A stretch of DNA of 64,000 nt from an uncultured Gemmatimonadaceae bacterium (GTDB taxonomy: Bacteria; Gemmatimonadota; Gemmatimonadetes; Gemmatimonadales; Gemmatimonadaceae), in contig CAVSKV010000002.1 in assembly GCA_963728785.1 (NCBI GenBank), positions 627,195-691,194 on the forward strand. Direction: 5' to 3'. The notes under the pieces were generated by a model. The model worked only from the letters and a program-made list of their open reading frames with translations. It made no database searches and was not told the origin of the DNA. Of this stretch, positions 1 through 7,552 are shown piece by piece. Each line of letters opens with the position of its first letter. Within the stretch, counting starts at the first letter, position 1. The position numbers were made by a program, and so were the translations under genes.

Positions 1-741
1 ACCCGCCTCCTCGTCGACCTGCGACAGGAACTTCGTCATGATCTTCTGCACCGCACGCGCTGTGAGCCGCTTGCCGGTACGCCCCACGAACAAGGCGCGC
101 CGGTCGACCTTGCCCCCGAGCCGGCCGTTCACCTGGTCCCGCTTCGATTCGTAGTTCCGTATGGCGAGCTGGGCATGGTCGCCCACCGGCACGATTCGTT
201 CCTTGCGCCCCTTGCCCCGCACTTTGACCTGCTGAGAGATGAGGTCGACGTCGGGCCGGTTGAGCCCCTGAAGCTCCGAGAGGCGCATACCGGTGGAATA
301 GAACAGCTCGAGGATGGCGAGGTTACGCACGTCCTCGAACCGCCCCTCCACGGCTCGGACCTCCGCCATCTGGAACAGCAGGTCGATCTGTGCTCGGTCG
401 AGATACCCGGGCAGATGCTTCTCCTGCTTGGGTGCGCCGACGGCCCGCGCCGGGTTGGACGCCACGATGTCGTTGAGCGCCAGGAACCGATAGAACCCGC
501 GCACGGCGCTGAGCGTGCGCGCGATGGATCGCTTGGAGAGCCTGCGCCGGGTGAGAAAGGCGAGAAAGCCGCGCATCGCCAGCCGGTCCACGCCCTGCCA
601 GCTCCAGGCACCGCCCCCATAGTAGCCCGCCAGGAATTCCGTGAAGTCGTGCAGGTCCCGCCGGTATGCCTTGATCGTGTTCGGAGAGACGTCGCGCTCC
701 TTGGCGAGGTGAGTGAGGTAGTCCTCCACCTCCACCGGCAT
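1..741 (-). CDS. xerC: Tyrosine site-specific recombinase, XerC/XerD family (3' end cut by window edge)
   Basis: Absent from the ORF track because it runs off the window. My own minus-strand translation from ATG at 741 gives MPVEVEDYLTHLAKERDVSPNTIKAYRRDLHDFTEFL...LAILELFYSTGMRLSELQGL...VRGKGRKERIVPVG. This is a Xer-type N-terminal domain plus the start of the catalytic domain. It lies directly downstream of trmFO, as codV/xerC does in Firmicutes. Confidence 0.85.
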   Translation of the reverse strand, partial: MPVEVEDYLTHLAKERDVSPNTIKAYRRDLHDFTEFLAGYYGGGAWSWQGVDRLAMRGFLAFLTRRRLSKRSIARTLSAVRGFYRFLALNDIVASNPARAVGAPKQEKHLPGYLDRAQIDLLFQMAEVRAVEGRFEDVRNLAILELFYSTGMRLSELQGLNRPDVDLISQQVKVRGKGRKERIVPVGDHAQLAIRNYESKRDQVNGRLGGKVDRRALFVGRTGKRLTARAVQKIMTKFLSQVDEEAG

Positions 742-770
742 GGCGCCGGCGCCGACAGCCGGGTTGCCGC

Positions 771-2198
771 TCACCGCGCCTTGCCGGTGGGCGACGCCGC
801 CAGCGCGCCGTCACGCCACCGCTCCATATCGGTAAGGGCGCGCTCGGCGATCATGGCGCGCTTCTTCGCCTTGTCGCGCGGCTCTTCAGCCAGCGGCTCC
901 ACCAGGCCGAAGTTGGCATTCATCGGCTGGAAGTGCCGCGGATCGGCCTCGCGCAGGTACCGGTACAGCGCTCCCAGCATAGTCGTGGGCGGCGGCACCA
1001 CGGCGTCGAGCCCGTGCAGCAGACGCGACAGATTGGCGCCGGCCACGAGCCCGGTGGCGGTGCTCTCGGTGTAGCCCTCGACGCCGGTGAGCTGGCCGGC
1101 GAACAGCACCGCCGGATCGTCGCGCAGCGACAGGTGCGGCGTGAGCGAAGCCGGTGCGTTCAGATACGAGTTCCGGTGAATGGTGCCGAACCGCAGGAAC
1201 TCGGCTCCCGCCAGCCCCGGGATCATGGTGAAGACGCGCTTCTGCTCGGGAATCCGCAGCCGCGTCTGGAATCCCACCATGTTCCACATCTGGCCGCCGC
1301 GGTCCTCCATTCGCAACTGGAGCACGGCCCACGGCCGACGACCGGTGCGCGGGTCGGTGAGCCCCACCGGTTTCATGGGGCCGAAGCGCAGTGTCTCGCG
1401 CCCGCGCGACGCCATAACCTCCACCGGCATGCACCCTTCGAAGTACGGCACCTCGTCGAATTCGTGGCCGTGGTGCTGGTCGGCCGAGAGCAGGGCGTCG
1501 AGGAACGCCTCGTACTCGTCGCGCGTGAAGGGACAGTTGAAGTATGCGCCGGGTTCTTGCGCGCCGCCGTCGCCGGGCACGTCCATCGTCTCCTTGTCGT
1601 AGCGCGAGGCGCGGAAGGCGATCGTGTCGTCGATCGAGTCGCGGGCCACGATCGGCGCGATGGCGTCGTAAAAGGCAAGCGAGGCCACCCCCAGCCGGGC
1701 GCGGATCGCTTCGGCGAGCGCGTCGGAGGTGAGGGGCCCCGTGGCGACGATTCCCGGCGACGGGAGCGCCGCCACTTCCTCGCGCACGACCGTGACGCGC
1801 GGGTGCGCAGTGAGCCGTTCGTGCACGGTCTGTGAGAAAACATCGCGGTCCACAGTGAGCGCGCTGCCGCCCGGCACGCGCGCCCGGTCGGCCGCCCACA
1901 ACACGAGCGAACCAAGCAGACGCATCTCCGCCTTGAGCAGCCCGTGCGCATTCGTCGGCTCGGTGCTCTTGAAGGTGTTCGAGCATACCAGCTCGGCCAA
2001 GCGATCGGTCTTGTGTGCGGGTGTTCCGCGCACGGGGCGCATCTCGTGCAACACCACGTCGTGGCCGCGCTCTGCGACTTGCCATGCGGCTTCCGACCCA
2101 GCGAGTCCGCCGCCAACGATGTGAACCGGATGGCGAGTCACCTCACGAAGCTGGGTCGCGGAAAGGCTTTCGGGCAATGAGAAGGACGTTCTTGCCAA
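771..2198 (-). CDS. trmFO: Methylenetetrahydrofolate--tRNA-(uracil-5-)-methyltransferase TrmFO (Gid)
   Basis: The 475-aa ORF carries the FAD dinucleotide fold HIVGGGLAGSEAAWQ, then LVCSNTFKS and the overall TrmFO pattern. The true start may be GTG at 2141, one nucleotide past the upstream stop codon (2143-2145), rather than 2198. Confidence 0.9.
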   Translation of the reverse strand: MARTSFSLPESLSATQLREVTRHPVHIVGGGLAGSEAAWQVAERGHDVVLHEMRPVRGTPAHKTDRLAELVCSNTFKSTEPTNAHGLLKAEMRLLGSLVLWAADRARVPGGSALTVDRDVFSQTVHERLTAHPRVTVVREEVAALPSPGIVATGPLTSDALAEAIRARLGVASLAFYDAIAPIVARDSIDDTIAFRASRYDKETMDVPGDGGAQEPGAYFNCPFTRDEYEAFLDALLSADQHHGHEFDEVPYFEGCMPVEVMASRGRETLRFGPMKPVGLTDPRTGRRPWAVLQLRMEDRGGQMWNMVGFQTRLRIPEQKRVFTMIPGLAGAEFLRFGTIHRNSYLNAPASLTPHLSLRDDPAVLFAGQLTGVEGYTESTATGLVAGANLSRLLHGLDAVVPPPTTMLGALYRYLREADPRHFQPMNANFGLVEPLAEEPRDKAKKRAMIAERALTDMERWRDGALAASPTGKAR

Positions 2199-2868
2199 TG
2201 GGAGGCGTCAGCAGGCCCTCGACCCGCCGCATGAGCGGCACCACCATCCTGTCGTACAGGGACACGCTGCCGCCGCTGAACGAGTTCCCGAGCAGCACGA
2301 AATTGACGTACCAGGGGAGGATGCCGGCAACGTCGAAGTATCGCGCCCGTACGATGGTGAACCCGGCGGCCGTCACCCCGCTGGTGAGGCCGCCGAGGGT
2401 GTATCGACGGAAGTGGCCGATTTCCCTATCGAGTCTACTGTAAAGCCAAGGCAGGGCTGGGACAAAGACGAGCAGGTGTCCCCCGGGTCTCAGCGCCGCG
2501 AACGCCGTCGCGAGTTCGGCCCGGTCGTACTCGATGTGTTCCAGCACATTGATGTAGACCACGGAGTCAAACCGCCCCGGCGAGTCATTCGAGTCGAAGA
2601 ACTCGTTCACGGCGGTCGCCCGTGTGTCGCCGCGCAGCTCCTGTTGCAGGCGCAGATACATCTCCGGGGAGGGTTCGAACGCGGCGAGGGAACTCACGCC
2701 CTTGTCCACCAGGAGCCGGGACACGCTTCCAGAGCCCGCTCCCACCTCAGCTACCGTCCGGCCGAGGTACGGTTCAAATTCATCGAGGATCCACCGATGA
2801 TAGTTCACGGCGAACGACATCGCTTCCAGATCCTTGCCGGGATAGTTTCGCGGAGTGTCATCAGCCAT
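2143..2868 (-). CDS. Class I SAM-dependent methyltransferase
   Basis: 241 aa. SAM-binding motif I VAEVGAGSGSVSRLL and post-I/II motifs (VYINVLEHI, LRPGGHLLV). Substrate unknown. Confidence 0.8.
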   Translation of the reverse strand: MADDTPRNYPGKDLEAMSFAVNYHRWILDEFEPYLGRTVAEVGAGSGSVSRLLVDKGVSSLAAFEPSPEMYLRLQQELRGDTRATAVNEFFDSNDSPGRFDSVVYINVLEHIEYDRAELATAFAALRPGGHLLVFVPALPWLYSRLDREIGHFRRYTLGGLTSGVTAAGFTIVRARYFDVAGILPWYVNFVLLGNSFSGGSVSLYDRMVVPLMRRVEGLLTPPIGKNVLLIARKPFRDPAS

Positions 2869-2940
2869 GAAGTCTATCCTTGCCTGGAAAGGTGAAATGG
2901 AATCGCATGCCCGGGGTGGCGCGGTCGGCGCGGCGCCTGT

Positions 2941-5403
2941 TCACCCCGCCAACGCTTCTTCGGGCAGATCGGGCCTCACCACATCCCATTCGTTGCCGCA
3001 CTTGATACACTTCCGGTACTCGCCACGGGCCTTCGTGGACTTCATCTCGGCGCCCAAGTAGCCGCACTCCGGGCACTTCTCCATCGCCGGTCTATTCCAA
3101 ACCACGAAATCGCAGTTCTCGTTGGCGCACGCATAGAACTTGGTGCCGCGCTTCTTTGACCGCCGCTCGACGATCTCGCCGCCATCCTTGGGGCAGATCA
3201 CGCCCGTGGGCATGGACTTCGTGCCGCGGCATTTCGGGAAGGTACTGCACCCCAGGAACTCGCCACTGCGCCCCTGCCGCACGACCATCGGCTTGCCGCA
3301 CACCGGGCAGGGCACATCAGTCATCTTGGGCTTGGCTTTCTCGCCCTTCAGTGGACGCGTATACTTGCACGTCTTTGGATGGTGTTCGCAAGCCAGGAAC
3401 GGTCCGAAGAAACCGCCGCGCGGTTCCAGCTTCCCCCCGCAATCGGGGCACCGCAGGGCTGCGACGCCCGACAGGTCGTGCGCCGACGCGATCAACGCTG
3501 CGGCATCTACCGAGGCAAGCGACTTGGCGAACGGACTGTAGAAGTCCTCGAGCACGCGCCGCCAGCCCAGTTCCCCCTCCTCGATCTTGTCCAGTTCGCT
3601 CTCCATTTCGGAAGTAAAGCGAACGTTGAACACGTCGGGAAACTGCTTCACCATCACCTTCTCGACGGTCTCGCCCAGCTCGGTGGGGAAGAAGCGCCGC
3701 TGTTCCAGGTTCACGTAGTGCCGGTCGGCCAGCACCGAGATGATGGCGGCGTAGGTGGACGGGCGGCCGATGCCCAACCGTTCCAGCTCCTTGACCAGGC
3801 TCGCCTCGGAGAACCGCGGAGGCGGCTCGGTGAAGTGCTGCGAGGGCGTGATCGCCTTGACCGGCACGCGCTCGTCGCGCTCCACCACCGGCAAGGCCTG
3901 CTCGTCCTCCAGCGCCTTGTGATCGCCCTCTTCGTGCGATTCACGGTACAGCACCAGGAATCCCGGGAACTTGACGATGCTCCCGGTGGCGCGGAACAAG
4001 TAGCTGCGCAGCCCGATATCGGGCTGCGACGACGCAGGAATGTCGAAGTCCACCGTGGTGGTGTCGAACACCGCCGGCGCCATCTGCGAGGCCATGAACC
4101 GCTGCCACACAAGTTGGTATAGCTTGAATTGGTCGGGACTCAGAAATTTCTTCACGTCCTCGGGGCGCCGGGACGGATCGGTGGGCCGCACCGCCTCGTG
4201 CGCATCCTGAGCGTTCTTGCTCTTGTTCTTGCCCTCGCCGTAGAGCTGCGGGCCCCCCGCGACGTAGGCCTCGCCGTGTACCTTGCGCAGATAATCACGG
4301 GCCTGCCCCGCCGCCACCTCCGCCACACGTGTGGAGTCGGTGCGCATATACGTGATGAGGCCGACGGCCCCTTCCGCGCCCAACTCGATGCCCTCATAAA
4401 GGCCCTGTGCCACACGCATGGTGCGCTTGGACCCGAACCCCAGCTTTTTGGCCGCTTCCTGCTGAAGCGTGGACGTCGTGAACGGCGCCGACGGATTCTT
4501 GCGGCGCTCACGCCGCTTGACATCGGTGACCGTGAACGTCTTGCGCCCGGCAAGGTCGGACAGGACGCGATCGGCCTCAGCCTTTGTGTGGATCTCGGCC
4601 TTCTTGCCGTCAATATGATGCATCTTGGCCGTGAACGGCGTGCCCGCCTTTTCGAGCGCCGCCTCGACGGTCCAGTACTCAATGGGCTTGAAGGCGCGGA
4701 TGTCGCGCTCGCGCTCGACGATGAGCCGCAAAGCGACGGTCTGTACGCGGCCGGCCGAGATACCCTTCTTCACCGTCCTCCAGAGGACCGGACTCGCCTT
4801 GTAGCCCACCAAGCGGTCGAGCACGCGGCGGGCCTGCTGAGCTTCGACCTTGCGCTCGTCGATCTTGCCCGCAGCGCTCACAGCGCGCATCACCGCGTCT
4901 TTAGTGATCTCGTGGAATAGTACGCGCCTGATCGGAATGGTGGACTTGCCGCGCTTTGGCTTGAGCTGCTCTGCCACGTGCCAAGCAATCGCCTCTCCCT
5001 CGCGATCGGGGTCGGTGGCGATCAGCACTTCCTTGGACGTCCTCGCCGCGCTCTTCAGCTCGGCGATCGTCTTCTCCTTGCCAGGAATGGGCACGAGATC
5101 GGGCTCGAAGCCGTGCTCGATGTCGATACCCAGCTTCTTCTGCGGTAGGTCCATGATGTGGCCCACCGTGGCCCGGACTTTATAACCCCGGCCGAGATAC
5201 TTGCCTATCGTCTTCGCCTTAGCCGGCGACTCGACGATCACCAGCGAAGTCGAACCGCCGCCCTCCGGCGGCAGCTCCTCCTCCTCTTCGCCGTCCGCCA
5301 CCGCAGCCGCGCGCCCGCGCCGCTTCGTGGCCGCGCTGCCTTTCGGCTTGCGGGCTTTCGTCGCCCGTCGCTTGGTCGTTGCTCCCGATTTCTTGACTGC
5401 CAT
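2941..5403 (-). CDS. topA: DNA topoisomerase I
   Basis: 820 aa. TOPRIM start LVIVESPAKAKTIGKYLG, active-site region LITYMRTDS, and four C-terminal CxxC...CxxC zinc-ribbon modules. About 55 aa of Lys/Arg- then Glu-rich extension precede TOPRIM. Confidence 0.97.
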   Translation of the reverse strand: MAVKKSGATTKRRATKARKPKGSAATKRRGRAAAVADGEEEEELPPEGGGSTSLVIVESPAKAKTIGKYLGRGYKVRATVGHIMDLPQKKLGIDIEHGFEPDLVPIPGKEKTIAELKSAARTSKEVLIATDPDREGEAIAWHVAEQLKPKRGKSTIPIRRVLFHEITKDAVMRAVSAAGKIDERKVEAQQARRVLDRLVGYKASPVLWRTVKKGISAGRVQTVALRLIVERERDIRAFKPIEYWTVEAALEKAGTPFTAKMHHIDGKKAEIHTKAEADRVLSDLAGRKTFTVTDVKRRERRKNPSAPFTTSTLQQEAAKKLGFGSKRTMRVAQGLYEGIELGAEGAVGLITYMRTDSTRVAEVAAGQARDYLRKVHGEAYVAGGPQLYGEGKNKSKNAQDAHEAVRPTDPSRRPEDVKKFLSPDQFKLYQLVWQRFMASQMAPAVFDTTTVDFDIPASSQPDIGLRSYLFRATGSIVKFPGFLVLYRESHEEGDHKALEDEQALPVVERDERVPVKAITPSQHFTEPPPRFSEASLVKELERLGIGRPSTYAAIISVLADRHYVNLEQRRFFPTELGETVEKVMVKQFPDVFNVRFTSEMESELDKIEEGELGWRRVLEDFYSPFAKSLASVDAAALIASAHDLSGVAALRCPDCGGKLEPRGGFFGPFLACEHHPKTCKYTRPLKGEKAKPKMTDVPCPVCGKPMVVRQGRSGEFLGCSTFPKCRGTKSMPTGVICPKDGGEIVERRSKKRGTKFYACANENCDFVVWNRPAMEKCPECGYLGAEMKSTKARGEYRKCIKCGNEWDVVRPDLPEEALAG

Positions 5404-5405
5404 GT

Positions 5406-5756
5406 TCAGTGTACCGTCTGATTGTCTTCGCTCGATCGCCCGTCGTCGAACCCCGCTCCCTCGAGCAGACTCCGCAGGTCATCGCGGGTAATGCGGCCGT
5501 CCAGTTGCGACAGCGCCCGATCGATGACCGCTTCCAGCTCGAGAGGGCTCAAGGCCCCCGTATTTCCCAGCGCGAGCAGATATCCCCAGGCCTCAGGCGC
5601 GAATCGTCCGCGCTCGTGCGGCCCCAACACTCGGATCGTCATATGTCTGCCTTGCTCATTTGCGTCCCGAAACACCGCACGATGGCGGGGATCGCGGTCT
5701 CCAATGCGATCAAATGTGCGCGATTCGTACCACGCCGCGGCGCCCCAGCGGGCCAC
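5406..5756 (-). CDS. Small hypothetical protein (probably about 78 aa from ATG at 5642)
   Basis: Its stop codon lies 2 nt before the topA ATG (TGAACATG). No motif recognised. The core is MTIRVLGPHERGRFAPEAWGYLLALGNTGALSPLELEAVIDRAL. Confidence 0.4.
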   Translation of the reverse strand: MARWGAAAWYESRTFDRIGDRDPRHRAVFRDANEQGRHMTIRVLGPHERGRFAPEAWGYLLALGNTGALSPLELEAVIDRALSQLDGRITRDDLRSLLEGAGFDDGRSSEDNQTVH

Positions 5757-5762
5757 AAACGG

Positions 5763-6326
5763 CTAACGCAATTCCTTCACGAGCGCAACCACCAATTCTG
5801 TAACTGCTTGCAGCGTATTAGTTTCCGAAGAAATTGCGACGTCCGCCCCTTCATATAATAGGCGTCGAGCCTCGTAGAGATCCCTGATTTCCTTAAGCGG
5901 ATCCGGCCGACGGAGCAGCGGGCGAAGCTCCCTGCGTTTGCCCATTCGCCTGAGTGCCGTCTCCGGCCGGACCTTAAGGTAGACGAGCCGGGCGGGCGGG
6001 CGGAGCAGCCCTACGACATCGGGATCGGCGATCCACCCGCCGCCTGGCGCCAGGATCATCCCTCCCGTTTCCCGCAGATCTTCGGTGAGGGCGCGTTCGA
6101 GCTCGCGGAAGCGGTGCTCGCCGTGCTCGGCAAAGATCTCCGTGACGGTCATGCTCTCGCGGCGTTCAATCTCCACATCAAAGTCGAGAAAGTTGAGCCC
6201 GCTGATCTCGGCGGCCCGCATACCGACCACCGACTTGCCGCAGCCCGGCAGTCCGACGAGGATGAGATGCGGAACCCCGGGGTCAGCCGTGGAGACGCCG
6301 TGCGATGTGCGAAACGTAGGCGTCAT
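5763..6326 (-). CDS. aroK: Shikimate kinase
   Basis: Walker [16 protein letters not shown], followed by FLDFDVEIE...[19 protein letters not shown] chose ATG at 6326; the track ORF extends to 6380. It overlaps the aroC 3' end by 44 nt. Confidence 0.9.
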   Translation of the reverse strand: MTPTFRTSHGVSTADPGVPHLILVGLPGCGKSVVGMRAAEISGLNFLDFDVEIERRESMTVTEIFAEHGEHRFRELERALTEDLRETGGMILAPGGGWIADPDVVGLLRPPARLVYLKVRPETALRRMGKRRELRPLLRRPDPLKEIRDLYEARRLLYEGADVAISSETNTLQAVTELVVALVKELR

Positions 6327-7479
6327 AGTTGCGTCGCATTTCCCCGAGTGAGTCGCCGCCGAACTTCTCGGCGAAAGCATTGGCGAGCACGAGCGCCAGC
6401 ATACCCTCGCCGATCACGCCCATCGCGGGCACGGCGGTCACATCACTGCGCTCGGCCACGGCGGCCGCCGTTTCGCTGGTCGCCACGTCCACCGTGGCCA
6501 GCGGCCGCATGAGCGTGCTGATCGGCTTCATGGCGGCGCGTACGACGAGCGGCTCGCCGGACGTCATGCCGCCCTCGAGGCCGCCCGCGCGGTTGGTCCT
6601 GCGCTGCACGTTGCCGGCGCGCGTGCGGCCGGGGGCAAGCTCGATCTCGTCATGTACTTCCGCGCCGGTGACACGGGCCGCCTCGAATCCCATGCCGATT
6701 TCTACGCCCTTCACCGCGGGAATGCTCATGATCGCGGCGGCAATGCGGCCATCGAGCTTTCGGTCCCACGAGACGTGCGAGCCGAGCCCCACCGGCAAGC
6801 CATCGACTACGATCTCACAGATACCGCCAAGGGTATTGCCGGCGCGCTTGACCTCATCGATGCGTGCGATCATCGCGGTTTCGGCTTCGAGATCGAGCGT
6901 GCGCAGCGACGATGCGTCAGCGGCGGCGTTGACATCGTCGGGCATCGGATCGGGACGCCTGGCATCGATGCCGCCCAGATGCACGACGTGGCTGCCTATG
7001 CGCACGCCGAATTCAGCGAGCAGCTTCCGGCAGACGGCGGCCGCGGCCACACGTGCCGTGGTCTCGCGGGCCGACGCGCGTTCGAGTATGTCGCGGGCAT
7101 CGTCGCGGTCGTACTTGAGGAGCCCGGTGAGATCGGCGTGTCCGGGACGCGGTCGGGTGACGGCGCGTTTGCGCAGCCCATCGGGCGCCTCATCCTCGCG
7201 CGGCGCCGAATCCATGATCTCCTGCCAGTTCTTCCAGTCGCGGTTGTGGATGAGCAGAGCGATCGGGGCGCCGATTGTTTCACCGGCGCGAACGCCGGCC
7301 AGGAACTCCACGGCATCCTTCTCGATCTGCATGCGGCGGCCGCGCCCGTAGCCCTGCTGGCGGCGGGCGAGTTGCGCGTTGACGTCCTCGGCGAGCAGCG
7401 GAAGCCCGGCCGGAATGCCTTCCAGAATCGAGACGAGCGCCGGTCCGTGCGATTCGCCGGCGGTGGTGAAACGGATCAT
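6283..7479 (-). CDS. aroC: Chorismate synthase
   Basis: 398 aa. [26 protein letters not shown] and GRSSARETAARV-like regions ([12 protein letters not shown]). A GAGGA Shine-Dalgarno lies upstream. Confidence 0.97.
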   Translation of the reverse strand: MIRFTTAGESHGPALVSILEGIPAGLPLLAEDVNAQLARRQQGYGRGRRMQIEKDAVEFLAGVRAGETIGAPIALLIHNRDWKNWQEIMDSAPREDEAPDGLRKRAVTRPRPGHADLTGLLKYDRDDARDILERASARETTARVAAAAVCRKLLAEFGVRIGSHVVHLGGIDARRPDPMPDDVNAAADASSLRTLDLEAETAMIARIDEVKRAGNTLGGICEIVVDGLPVGLGSHVSWDRKLDGRIAAAIMSIPAVKGVEIGMGFEAARVTGAEVHDEIELAPGRTRAGNVQRRTNRAGGLEGGMTSGEPLVVRAAMKPISTLMRPLATVDVATSETAAAVAERSDVTAVPAMGVIGEGMLALVLANAFAEKFGGDSLGEMRRNYDAYVSHIARRLHG

Positions 7480-7493
7480 GGGTCCTCAAACGC

Positions 7494-7522
7494 GGTGAGC
7501 CCGACACGAGGCCGGGCTCACC
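7494..7522 (-). terminator. 10-bp GC-rich hairpin between the pil-operon lipoprotein gene and aroC
   Basis: ggtgagcccg (7494-7503) pairs with cgggctcacc (7513-7522) around a 9-nt loop. On the minus strand it is followed by GCGUUUGAGGA, a short U run plus the aroC Shine-Dalgarno. Possible partial terminator or attenuator. Confidence 0.45.
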
Positions 7523-7552
7523 AAGTCTATCATGCCGACACCCTGCGGTGAA

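Noticed and set aside
5763-5900. Locally low-GC 3' end of aroK containing TATTAT/TATAAT-like hexamers on the minus strand. I considered it as an internal promoter for the small ORF and topA.
   Set aside because: There is no matching -35 element at proper spacing. The composition may simply reflect the amino-acid content of the aroK C-terminus. It cannot be supported from sequence alone.
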